Both the position numbers and the translations under genes were made by a program. Below, in pieces: positions 49,079 through 58,079 of a stretch of DNA of 64,000 nt. The notes below the pieces were generated by a model. That model was given only the letters and a program-made list of their open reading frames with translations, made no database searches and was not told where the DNA came from. Where the stretch lies: the NCBI GenBank assembly GCA_035620475.1, contig DASPGT010000037.1, positions 8,233-72,232 of the forward strand. Direction: 5' to 3'. Each line of letters starts with the position of its first letter. The first letter of the stretch is position 1. The DNA comes from Gaiellaceae bacterium (lineage in GTDB: Bacteria; Actinomycetota; Thermoleophilia; Gaiellales; Gaiellaceae).

Positions 49079-49112
49079 GATGTCGGGCCGGGGAGGCCTC
49101 CGGCCCGACATC
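49079..49112 (+). terminator. Strong 13-bp hairpin (GATGTCGGGCCGG-N8-CCGGCCCGACATC)
   Basis: Perfect 13-bp stem starting 10 nt after the zinc-ribbon gene stop. There is no U-tract. addB starts 13 nt downstream. Confidence 0.5.
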
Positions 49113-49124
49113 TAGACTAGATGG

Positions 49125-52052
49125 GTGCCGCTCGCGTTGCTGGTCGGCCCGGCGAACGCGGGGAAGGTCTCGCGGCTCCTCGACCGCTATCTGGAGAACC
49201 TCGACCGCGAGCCGTTCCTCGTCGTCCCGAACCGGGCGGAGGTCGATCGCGTCGAGCGCGACCTGCTCGCGCGCCGTCCGGCGCTGCTCGGCGGCCGGAT
49301 CGGGACGTTCGACGACCTCTTCCGCACGATCGCGCGCGGCGGCGGCGAGCGCCGCGGCGTGGCGACCGAGGCGCAGCGGGCGCTCGTCCTCAGGCGCGCG
49401 CTCGCCGGCGCGAGCCTGAACGGGCTCGGGCCGTCCTCCGGCTACGCGGGCTTCGCCGACGCGCTCCTGGGCGCGCTCGCCGAGCTCGAGTCCGGCCTCG
49501 TCGACCCGGGCGACGTCGACGGAGACCTCGCCGCGCTCCACGCCGCCTACCGGGACGAGCTCGACCGGCTCGGGCTGTGGGATCGCGAGCGCGAGCGCCG
49601 CCACGCGGTCGCGCGCGTCGAGCACGAGCTCGAGGCGTGGGACGGCCGCCCCGTGCTCGCCTACGGCTTCGAGGACCTGACTGCCGCCCAGTGGGCGCTC
49701 CTCCAGGCGCTCGCGGGGCGGGCCGACGTCCACGTGTCGCTCCCGTACGAGCCGGGCCGGCCGGTGTTCGCCTCGCTCCGCCGGACTGCGGACGACCTCG
49801 GCAGCCTCGCCGGCGATCGCGTCGACGAGCTGCCGCCGGCCTACGCCGAGATCGCCCATCCCGCGCTCGCCCACCTCGAGCGCGCGCTCTTCGCCGAGGG
49901 CGAGCGGCCCGAGCCGCCGCCGCTCGAGGGCGCCGTCCGCTTTCTCGAGGGGGCCGGCTCGCGCGGGGCTCTCGAGCTCGTCGCCGACGAGCTGCTGCGC
50001 CTGCTGCGCGACGGCACGCCGCCCGAGGCGGTCGGCATCGTCTGCCCGTCGGTCGACCGCGTGCGGGCCCCGCTCGAGACCGCGCTCGCGGCGGCCGGAG
50101 TGCCGTACGCGCTCGAGGGACGCGTCCGCCTCGGCCAGACACCGTTCGGGCACGCGCTCCTCTCCGCCCTCCGCTTCCTCTGGCAGAGCGAGAGCCGCCG
50201 CGACCTCTTCGGCTTCCTCCGCTCGCCGTACTCGGGCCTGCCGCGCGCCTCCGCCGACTACCTCGAGGGCCGCCTGCGCGGCAACGGCATCCGCACCGGC
50301 GTCGAGGAGAAGGTCGTCGAGCTCCGCGGCCAGCCGCTCCCCGCGCTCGCCGAGGTGCGCGCGGCGGACACGCCGACGGCCGCCGTGCGCGCCCTCGCGC
50401 GCCACCAGCTCCGTGCGGCGCACGGGCTCGAGTCTCCACCCGTGGGCGAGGCCTCCCTGCTCGACCTGCGGGTGTGGGAGGCGGTCGCCCGCCTGCTCGC
50501 CGAGCTCGACGGCTGGAGCGAGCTCGCGGGCGAGCTCTCCCGGGAGGACGTCCTCGCCGCGCTCGAGCGGCTGCCGGTCACCCCCGCCCGCCTGGCCGAG
50601 CCGGGGCGGGTGGCCGTCCTCGACCTGCTGCGCGCGCGGACGCGCCGCTTCGAGGCCGTCTTCGTCCTCGGGCTCGAAGAGGGCAGGTTCCCGCGGCGGG
50701 CCGAGACGTCGCCCTTCCTCGACGACGAGGCTCGCCGCGGCCTCGACGAGCGCACGCGCTCGCGCCTCGTGCGGCCCGAGCCGGTCTCGCGGGAGCGCTA
50801 CCTCTTCTACGCGGCGTGCACGCGGCCCTCCCGCCGGCTCTACCTCGTGCGCGAGGCGGCGACCGACGACGGCGCGCCCCGGCCGGCAAGCCCCTTCTGG
50901 GACGAGGCCAGGGGGCTCTTCGATCCCGCCGAGGTGGCGCGGTGGACGCGCCGCCGGCCGCTCTCCGCGCTGACCTGGCCGCTGGACGAGGCGCCGACCG
51001 AGCGCGAGCGGCTCCGCGCGCTCGCCTCCCTGTCCGTCGCGGACCCGGCCGGGGCGGAGTCGCTCGCGGTCGCCAACGGCTGGGAGCGGCGGCTGGAGCG
51101 GGCGCGCTCCGCCTTCTCGCGGCCGACGGCGCTCGGGAACCCGGCGGTGCTCGCCGAGCTCGGAGCGCGTGAGAGCTTCAACGTGACCGAGCTCGAGGCC
51201 TTCGCCTCCTGCTCCTCGATCTGGTTCGTCGAGCGGGTCGTCTCGCCGCGCCAGATCGACGCCGAGGTCGACGCGAGGCTGCGCGGCTCGCTCGCGCACA
51301 CCGCCCTCCACCGCTTCTACGCCGGGCTGCCGAAGGAGGTCGGGACGGAGCGCGTCGAAGCCGAGCGCGTCGAGGACGCCGTGCGCTTCCTCCGCCGGTG
51401 CCTCGACGACGCGCTCGAGGGCGTGCGCCAGGAGCTGAGCGACCTCGAGCGCCGGGAGCTCCGCGGCCAGCTCTGGCGCGACCTCGAGCGCTTCGTCCGC
51501 GACGAGGCGGAGGCGGAGGCGCCGCTCGTCCCGCGGCGCTTCGAGGTCTCCTTCGGGACGGAGCGCTCCGCGCCCGAGCTCCAGCGCGGGCTCGACCTGG
51601 GCGGCTTCTCCCTCTCCGGGAAGATCGACCGCATCGACGTCGACCCCTTCAGCGCGCGCGGGATCGTCTGGGACTACAAGTCGGGCAAGACCGCGTTCTC
51701 GGCTGCGAAGATCGACTCGGAGCTGCGGCTCCAGATCCCGCTCTACATGCTCGTCCTGCGCGACCTCGTCGGGATCGAGCCGCTGGGCGGGCTGTACCGG
51801 GCGCTGGCCGGCGAGGGCGACGCGCGCGGGCTCCTGCGCGCGAGCGCGCGCGACGACGGCGTGCCCGGGTTCCAGCGGAACGACTACCGCGACGAGGACG
51901 AGTTCTGGGCGCAGATCGACCGCGCCGCAGACCATGCGCGCGGCTTCGTCGGGCGCATCCGGGCGGGGGACGTGCGCCACGACCCGCTCGGCGACGGCGG
52001 CTGCCCCTCGTGGTGCGACCTCGCGCCCCTCTGCCGGGTGAGGCGGCCGTGA
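49125..52052 (+). CDS. addB: AddB-type helicase-nuclease subunit (degenerate helicase plus PD-(D/E)XK nuclease with Cys cluster)
   Basis: N-terminal GPANAGK P-loop; C-terminal nuclease GKIDRIDV...IVWDYKSGK. Cys pattern is FASCSS ... CPSWCDLAPLC (1+3 Cys iron-staple arrangement). GTG start. Confidence 0.85.
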   Translation: MPLALLVGPANAGKVSRLLDRYLENLDREPFLVVPNRAEVDRVERDLLARRPALLGGRIGTFDDLFRTIARGGGERRGVATEAQRALVLRRALAGASLNGLGPSSGYAGFADALLGALAELESGLVDPGDVDGDLAALHAAYRDELDRLGLWDRERERRHAVARVEHELEAWDGRPVLAYGFEDLTAAQWALLQALAGRADVHVSLPYEPGRPVFASLRRTADDLGSLAGDRVDELPPAYAEIAHPALAHLERALFAEGERPEPPPLEGAVRFLEGAGSRGALELVADELLRLLRDGTPPEAVGIVCPSVDRVRAPLETALAAAGVPYALEGRVRLGQTPFGHALLSALRFLWQSESRRDLFGFLRSPYSGLPRASADYLEGRLRGNGIRTGVEEKVVELRGQPLPALAEVRAADTPTAAVRALARHQLRAAHGLESPPVGEASLLDLRVWEAVARLLAELDGWSELAGELSREDVLAALERLPVTPARLAEPGRVAVLDLLRARTRRFEAVFVLGLEEGRFPRRAETSPFLDDEARRGLDERTRSRLVRPEPVSRERYLFYAACTRPSRRLYLVREAATDDGAPRPASPFWDEARGLFDPAEVARWTRRRPLSALTWPLDEAPTERERLRALASLSVADPAGAESLAVANGWERRLERARSAFSRPTALGNPAVLAELGARESFNVTELEAFASCSSIWFVERVVSPRQIDAEVDARLRGSLAHTALHRFYAGLPKEVGTERVEAERVEDAVRFLRRCLDDALEGVRQELSDLERRELRGQLWRDLERFVRDEAEAEAPLVPRRFEVSFGTERSAPELQRGLDLGGFSLSGKIDRIDVDPFSARGIVWDYKSGKTAFSAAKIDSELRLQIPLYMLVLRDLVGIEPLGGLYRALAGEGDARGLLRASARDDGVPGFQRNDYRDEDEFWAQIDRAADHARGFVGRIRAGDVRHDPLGDGGCPSWCDLAPLCRVRRP

Positions 52053-55000
52053 ACGCGCCGAACCCCGAGCAGGCGGCGGCCATCGAGGCGCCCGGTGTCG
52101 TCTTCGTCTCGGCCGGTGCCGGGACGGGGAAGACGACCGTCCTCGTCGAGCGCTTCGCCCGGGCCGTCTGCGAGCGCGGGCTCGACGTCGACTCGCTCCT
52201 CGTCATCACGTACACGGAGCGGGCGGCCGGCGAGCTGCGCGACCGCATCCGCGCCCGGCTCGCGGAGGCGGGGCGGCCGGACCTCGCCCGCGACCTCGAC
52301 GCCGCCTGGATCTCGACGATCCACGGCTTCTGCCACCGGCTCCTTCGCGCCCACCCGTTCGCGGCCGGGATCGACCCGCGCTTCCGCGTCCTCGACGACG
52401 CCCAGGCGCGCGTCCTCCAGCGCGAGGCCTTCGACCTGACGCTCGGCGAGTTCTGCGCGGACGGGGACGAGGAGCGCCTCGGGCTCCTCTCCACCTACGG
52501 CGTCCGCGCCCTCCGCCGGATGCTCACCGGCGTCCACGAGACGCTGCGCGCCGCCGGGCGCCCGCTCGAGCTGGAGCTCGGGGAACGGCCGCGGCTCCCG
52601 GCGCGGATCGAGGAGCTCCGGGACGCGGCGACGGCGCTGGCGGCGGACGGCGAGGCGGGGGAGACCGCCCGCGCGACCGCCGCCCGCGCGCTCGAGGTGC
52701 TGGCGGAACGGACGCTGCCCGAGCGCCTGCTCGACCTCGGCGAGCTGAAGGCGCGGGGTGAGCGGGCGGCGAGCTACGAGGAGGCGAGGCGCGGGGTGGA
52801 GCAGGCCGCGCTCGACGAGCTGGCGGCCCGGGACCGCGACCTCCTGCAGGAGCTCCTGGTGCGCTTCGGCGCCGGCTACCGCGCGGCCAAGGGCCGCGAG
52901 TCCGCGCTCGACTTCGAGGACCTGCAGCTCGCGGCGCGGGACCTCCTGCGAGACGACCAGGCGGTGCGCGAGCGCGAGAGCTGGCGCTTCCGCTCGATCA
53001 TGGTGGACGAGTTCCAGGACACCAACCGGCTGCAGTGCGAGATCGTCGACCTGCTCGCCGAGGGGCCCGAGGGCAAGGAGCTCTTCTTCGTCGGCGACGA
53101 GTTCCAGTCGATCTACCGCTTCCGCCACGCCGACGTGGAGGTCTTCCGCGAGCGGCGCGAGCGGTCCGGCGGCGTCCTCGCCCTCACCCAGAACTACCGC
53201 TCGCGCCCGGAGGTGCTGGCCGCCGTCAACCACCTGTTCTCCAGCGAGTTCGGCGAGGAGTTCCAGCCGCTCGAGGCCGCCGGACGCTTCCCCGACCCGG
53301 TCTTCGGCGCGCCGGTCGAGCTGCTCGTGACCGACAAGGCGAGCTATGCCGGCACGCCGACTCACTGGCGCCGCGCCGAGGCGCGCCACATCGCCGCGCG
53401 CGTGAGGGAGCTGGTGGACTCCGGCGAGGCGAGCGCGGGCGAGATCGTCCTCCTCTTCGCCGCGGGAACCGACGCCGAGCACTACGAGGAGGAGCTGCGG
53501 AAGGCAGGCCTGCAGACCTACCGCGCCACCGGCCGCGGCTACTTCGGCCAGCAGCAGGTCGTCGACCTGCTCGCGTACCTGCGCCTGCTGCACAACCGCT
53601 ACGACGACGAGGCGCTCGTCACCGTCCTCGCCTCGCCGTTCGTCGGCCTCTCGAACGACGCGCTCGTCCTGCTCCGCCGCGCCGCGCCGAAGCGTCCGCT
53701 CTTCCAGCCGTTCGAGCGCGGGCTCCCCGGCGAGCTCTCCGACGGGGACCGGCGGCTCTGCCGCGCGTTCCTCCAGCGGTTCGAGCGGCTGGCCGCGGCG
53801 GCGAGCGCGCTCTCGCTCGAGCGGCTCTGCGACCGGATCGTCGCCGACCACGACTACGACCTCGCCGTCCTCGTGCAGTGGGACGGCCGCCGCCGCTACG
53901 CGAACATCCGCAAGCTCGCGCGGCTCGCGCGCTCCTACGAGGAGCTGCGCGGGCGCGACGTCGAGGGCTTCGTCCGCTTCGTCCGCGACCAGGAGGCGGT
54001 CGGCGCGCGGGAGCTCGAGGCCGTGGCCGAGGAGGAGGACGCCGACGCGGTGCGGCTCCTCACCATCCACTCGGCCAAGGGGCTCGAGTTCAAGGTGGTG
54101 ATCGTCGCCGACGCCGGCCGTGACCGGAACGCGCCCTCGCCCGACGAGATCCTCTGCCTCCCGGACGGGCGCTTCGGCTTCCGCGTCGCCGACCCGGCCA
54201 CCGGCTCGCGCCGGCCCGCGTTCGGCTACGAGCAGGTGCGGGAGGCCGAGCGCGAGGCCGAGCGGGCGGAACGGCTCCGCCTCTACTACGTCGCCATGAC
54301 GCGGGCGATCGACCGGCTGATCGTCTCCGGAGCGATCGACCCGGGCCGGGCCGCCGACCAGGGGACGCCGATCGGCTGGGTCCTGGGACGGCTCGAGGCG
54401 GACGAGCTCGACGCCGCCGGGGAGAGCCCCGTCGAGCTCGTCCGCGACGGGGCGCGCCTGCTCGTCCGGGTGGACCGCCACCGGCCGGAGGCCGAGGCGC
54501 CGCCGGCGGAGGAGCGGGCGCCGGCCGCGCCCGAGGAGGGCCAGCTCGCGCTCTTCGCGGGCGACGACGGGGCGGCGCTGCCGCCGCCCGCGCCGCGCCT
54601 GCCGGAGCTCCTCCCGGTTCCGGCCCCGCCGCTCCACCGGGTGCGCCGGCTCTCGTACAGCGCGCTCGCGCTCTTCGACCGCTGCTCGTACCGCTACTAC
54701 GCCGAGCGGGTGGCCGGCATGCGACCGGAGGACGCGCACGGCACCGTTCCGGGCGCGACCGGGTTGGCGGCAACGGAGATCGGTGACGCCGTCCACCGGC
54801 TTCTGGAGACGGTCGACCTGGCGGCGCCGGCCGTTCCCGACGTCGAGCCGGTGCGCGGCTGGTATCCGGCGGTGACCGGCGAGGAGCTTGAGCGGATCCG
54901 CGGGTTCGTCGCCTCGTACTGCGGCTCGGAGCTCGCCGGGCGGATCGCCGCGCTCGCCGGCTCCGTGCCCGAGCGGCCGTTCGCCTTCGAGCACGACGGC

Positions 55001-55414
55001 GTGCTCCTTCACGGGCGGCTCGACGTCCACTGGAGCGACGGCGGGCGCGCGCTCGTCCTCGACTACAAGACGAACTCGCTCGCCGAGGGCTCACCCGAGG
55101 AGATCGTCGCTGCCGACTACCGGCTGCAGCAGCTCGTGTACGCGCTCGCCTGCTTCCGGGCGGGCGCCGACGAGGTCGAGGTCGTCTACCACTTCCTCGA
55201 GCGGCCCGACGCGGTCGTCTCGACCTGCTTCGTCCGCGCGGACCTGGCGGGGCTCGAGGCCGAGCTGTCCGCCGCGATCGCGCGCATCGACGAGGGGGAC
55301 TTCCGGCCGACGCCGGGGGAGTTCACGTGCGCGGGCTGTCCCGCGCGCGACCGGGTCTGCGCGGGGCCGCGGCTCCTTTCCGTCCAGGTCCCGGCCGAGT
55401 ACGCCGAGGTCTAG
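52049..55414 (+). CDS. addA: AddA-type UvrD/Rep-family helicase-nuclease subunit
   Basis: PEQAAAIEA...VSAGAGTGKTT (motif I), TIHGFC, VDEFQDTN, NYRS, TIHSAKGLEF, and C-terminal nuclease HGRLDV...LVLDYKT. The GTG overlaps the addB stop. Confidence 0.9.
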   Translation: MNAPNPEQAAAIEAPGVVFVSAGAGTGKTTVLVERFARAVCERGLDVDSLLVITYTERAAGELRDRIRARLAEAGRPDLARDLDAAWISTIHGFCHRLLRAHPFAAGIDPRFRVLDDAQARVLQREAFDLTLGEFCADGDEERLGLLSTYGVRALRRMLTGVHETLRAAGRPLELELGERPRLPARIEELRDAATALAADGEAGETARATAARALEVLAERTLPERLLDLGELKARGERAASYEEARRGVEQAALDELAARDRDLLQELLVRFGAGYRAAKGRESALDFEDLQLAARDLLRDDQAVRERESWRFRSIMVDEFQDTNRLQCEIVDLLAEGPEGKELFFVGDEFQSIYRFRHADVEVFRERRERSGGVLALTQNYRSRPEVLAAVNHLFSSEFGEEFQPLEAAGRFPDPVFGAPVELLVTDKASYAGTPTHWRRAEARHIAARVRELVDSGEASAGEIVLLFAAGTDAEHYEEELRKAGLQTYRATGRGYFGQQQVVDLLAYLRLLHNRYDDEALVTVLASPFVGLSNDALVLLRRAAPKRPLFQPFERGLPGELSDGDRRLCRAFLQRFERLAAAASALSLERLCDRIVADHDYDLAVLVQWDGRRRYANIRKLARLARSYEELRGRDVEGFVRFVRDQEAVGARELEAVAEEEDADAVRLLTIHSAKGLEFKVVIVADAGRDRNAPSPDEILCLPDGRFGFRVADPATGSRRPAFGYEQVREAEREAERAERLRLYYVAMTRAIDRLIVSGAIDPGRAADQGTPIGWVLGRLEADELDAAGESPVELVRDGARLLVRVDRHRPEAEAPPAEERAPAAPEEGQLALFAGDDGAALPPPAPRLPELLPVPAPPLHRVRRLSYSALALFDRCSYRYYAERVAGMRPEDAHGTVPGATGLAATEIGDAVHRLLETVDLAAPAVPDVEPVRGWYPAVTGEELERIRGFVASYCGSELAGRIAALAGSVPERPFAFEHDGVLLHGRLDVHWSDGGRALVLDYKTNSLAEGSPEEIVAADYRLQQLVYALACFRAGADEVEVVYHFLERPDAVVSTCFVRADLAGLEAELSAAIARIDEGDFRPTPGEFTCAGCPARDRVCAGPRLLSVQVPAEYAEV

Positions 55415-55758
55415 AAGCCGTTCTCGCCGATCGCGTCGACTGCGAGGACCGAGAGATCGGCCAGGATGAGCGCCAGGCCCACCCAGAGAAGGAGGATCGC
55501 CACGGTGACGAGCTCGGGCCGCCGCGCGACCAGCGCGACCGGCAGGATGGCGCTTGCCGGTGCCAGCGCGAGGCCGGCGGCACCGATGGCGAAGAGGAGG
55601 AGCGCGTTGCCCGTAATCCAGAGCACGACGTTCCACCACTCCTGCCCGCCGTACAGGGCCAGCCCTCCCGAGGGGATGACGATGGCGATGACTGCGAGGG
55701 CGAGCACCCAGATCGTGCGCCGCTCGAGCGGATCTCTGCGAGGCCTGTCCTGAGCCAC
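55411..55758 (-). CDS. Hypothetical membrane protein (about 4 TM)
   Basis: Hydrophobic, high-GC3 frame (IWVLALAVIAIVI, VVLWITGNALLLFAIGAAGLALA, VTVAILLLWVGLALILA). No family recognised. Confidence 0.5.
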   Translation of the reverse strand: MAQDRPRRDPLERRTIWVLALAVIAIVIPSGGLALYGGQEWWNVVLWITGNALLLFAIGAAGLALAPASAILPVALVARRPELVTVAILLLWVGLALILADLSVLAVDAIGENGF

Positions 55759-55783
55759 GCGCGCAACCTACTCCCCGCCCCGG

Positions 55784-56464
55784 ATGGCAATCTCTGGGCC
55801 GCGTGACTACGTCCGCGAGGCGCGGCGGCGGGTGGCGCCGAAGCGCGAGCGGATCGGAGAGATCGTCGAGCGTCTCGCCCGCGCCCACCCGGACGCGACC
55901 ATCGCCCTCCGCTTCCGCGACCCGGTCGAGCTGCTCGTCTCGGTCATGCTCTCGGCGCAGACGACGGACGTCACGGTGAACCGCGTCACCGCGACCCTCT
56001 TCCGCAAGTACCGCCGGCCCGAGGACTACCTCGCGGTGCCGCTCGAGGAGCTCGAGGCCGACATCCGCCCGACCGGGACGTTCCGGCAGAAGGCGAGGAA
56101 CCTCCGCGGCGCCATGCGGATGCTGATCGAGGAGTACGACGGGCAGGTACCGGAGCGGCTCGACGACCTCGTCCGGCTCCCCGGCGTGGGGCGTAAGACG
56201 GCCAACGTCGTCGCGGCCGAGCGCGGGGCGACGCAGGGCGTCGTCGTCGACACGCATGTCCGCCGGCTCTCGCAGCGCCTGGGCCTGACCAGGCAGCAGG
56301 ACCCGGTGAAGATCGAGCGCGACCTCATGCGCGTTGTCCCCCGCGAGGACTGGGCCCGCTTCCCGCATCTCCTCATCTGGCACGGCCGCCGTGTCTGCGA
56401 CGCCCGCCGCCCGCGCTGCGAGGGCTGCGTCCTCGCCGGCCTCTGCCCCTCGAGCCGCGTGTAG
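55784..56464 (+). CDS. nth: Endonuclease III (DNA-(apurinic/apyrimidinic site) lyase)
   Basis: LLVSVMLSAQTTD, HhH-GPD LPGVGRKTANVV, and the [4Fe-4S] loop CDARRPRCEGCVLAGLC. Confidence 0.95.
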   Translation: MAISGPRDYVREARRRVAPKRERIGEIVERLARAHPDATIALRFRDPVELLVSVMLSAQTTDVTVNRVTATLFRKYRRPEDYLAVPLEELEADIRPTGTFRQKARNLRGAMRMLIEEYDGQVPERLDDLVRLPGVGRKTANVVAAERGATQGVVVDTHVRRLSQRLGLTRQQDPVKIERDLMRVVPREDWARFPHLLIWHGRRVCDARRPRCEGCVLAGLCPSSRV

Positions 56465-56541
56465 TCCCCCGCGGCCACGTCCGGGGCCTGTCCCCAGCCG
56501 TGGCTGGAAGGGACGGGCGGCCGGGACGGCGACGCCGGCGG

Positions 56542-56985
56542 CTAGCGCGGGGCGAGGGCGACGAGGAGGCCGCCGTCCTCGTCGTACGCGGGGAAGAAGT
56601 CGGCGCGGACGACCTTCTTGACGCCCGCCCGGGTCCGCAGGGTCAGCCTCTGGTCGAAGCGGCGGACCCCGTACTCGAGGGCGAGCGCGGCCGGGGTGGG
56701 GCCGTTCTCCTCCGGTTCGAAGAGCGCCTCCATGACGTCGTGCCCGAGGACGTCGCCCTCCCGGTACCCGGTGAGCTCGAAGAAGCCCTGGCCGGTGGCG
56801 ATGATGCGACCCTCGCTGTTGCAGACGACGAACCCCGTTCCGGGCGCCGGGTAGTAGTCGTCCATGATCTCGAACAGGAAGCCGAACCCGCAGCTCGTGC
56901 AGGCGACCGGCCGTCCCGTCAGGCCCTCGAGCCCGTCGTCGTCGACCGACCGCCGCCGGCAGTTCGGACAGATGAAGTACGGCAC
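56542..56985 (-). CDS. Zinc-ribbon plus PAS-domain protein
   Basis: N-terminal CPNC...(19)...CTSC, then a PAS-like core GFVVCNSEGRIIATGQGFFELTGYREGDVLGHDV... GTG 56985, 11 nt after the trxB stop, is preferred. The ORF is open to 57063 but that would overlap trxB. Confidence 0.7.
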   Translation of the reverse strand: MPYFICPNCRRRSVDDDGLEGLTGRPVACTSCGFGFLFEIMDDYYPAPGTGFVVCNSEGRIIATGQGFFELTGYREGDVLGHDVMEALFEPEENGPTPAALALEYGVRRFDQRLTLRTRAGVKKVVRADFFPAYDEDGGLLVALAPR

Positions 56986-56995
56986 GGAGAAAAAG

Positions 56996-57967
56996 CTAGC
57001 TGCGCGGCGCCGCCAGGGCGTCCAGCAGCCGCCCGCGCTCGGCGGCCAGCCAGCGCTCGGCATCGAGCGCGGCCATGCAGCCCGACCCGGCGGCGGTGAT
57101 CGCCTGCCGGTAGACGTCGTCCTGGACGTCCCCCGCCGCGAAGACCCCCGGGACGTTCGTCTCCGTCGTCTTCCCGCGGGTGACCAGGTAGCCGGTCTCG
57201 GGATCCAGGTCCAGCTGGCCCCTGAAGAGCGCGGTGTTCGGGTCGTGCCCGATGGCGACGAAGAGCCCGTCGGCCGGGAGCTCCGTGCGCTCGTCCGTCT
57301 TCACGTTTCGGATGACGACGCCGGTGACGACTCCCTCGCCGAGCACCTCCTCGACGACCGAGTCGAGGACGAACTCGATCTTCTCGGTCGCCTTCGCGCG
57401 CTCGGTCATGATCTGCGAGGCCCTGAAGACGTCGCGCCGGTGGACGAGGGTCACCTTCGAGGCGAACTTCGCCAGGAACGTGGCCTCCTCCATCGCGGAG
57501 TCGCCTCCGCCGACGACCACGACCTCCTTCTCGCGGAAGAAGGCCGCGTCGCAGACGGCGCAATACGAGACGCCGCGCCCCTGGAGCGTGCGCTCGGACG
57601 GGAGCCCGAGCTGGCGGGCGTTCGCGCCGGTGGCCACGATCACGCTCTCGGCGCGGTACTCGTCGTCGCCGACCCAGACGCGGAACGGCCGCTCCGAGAA
57701 GTCGACCTTGGTCACGTCGTCGGTGACGAACTCGGCGCCGAAACGCTCCGCCTGCTTGCGGAAGTCCTGCATCATCTCGGGCCCGAGCACGCCGGCCGGG
57801 TACCCGGGGTAGTTCTCGACGTCGCTCGTGATCATGAGCTGGCCGCCCCAGTTGACCCCTTCGATCACGAGCGGGCTCATGTTCGCGCGTGCGGCATAGA
57901 GAGCGGCGGTGTATCCCGCCGCCGCGCCGCCGATCACGATGACCTCGCGCACGTCGTTCGTGCTCAC
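56996..57967 (-). CDS. trxB: Thioredoxin-disulfide reductase
   Basis: VIVIGGAAAGYTAALYAAR, redox-active CAVCDAAFF, NADPH motif VVVGGGDSAMEEATFL, and GVFAAGDV. Confidence 0.95.
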   Translation of the reverse strand: MSTNDVREVIVIGGAAAGYTAALYAARANMSPLVIEGVNWGGQLMITSDVENYPGYPAGVLGPEMMQDFRKQAERFGAEFVTDDVTKVDFSERPFRVWVGDDEYRAESVIVATGANARQLGLPSERTLQGRGVSYCAVCDAAFFREKEVVVVGGGDSAMEEATFLAKFASKVTLVHRRDVFRASQIMTERAKATEKIEFVLDSVVEEVLGEGVVTGVVIRNVKTDERTELPADGLFVAIGHDPNTALFRGQLDLDPETGYLVTRGKTTETNVPGVFAAGDVQDDVYRQAITAAGSGCMAALDAERWLAAERGRLLDALAAPRS

Positions 57968-58079
57968 TTGCTCACCTCGTCTGGTTTTCCAGTTACGTCT
58001 GCTTAAACGACGAACGCCGGGATCGTGTTCCGATTGTGTAGCTTCCCGGCTCGGAGGAGAAACCTACAAGGGGCGACCG

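Noticed and set aside
48951-55030. 1009-aa and 1048-aa minus-strand ORFs antisense to addB and addA.
   Set aside because: No motifs. The composition (Glu/Arg/Pro/Gly/Ala) is typical of antisense frames of high-GC genes, and the sense frames carry complete helicase and nuclease motifs.
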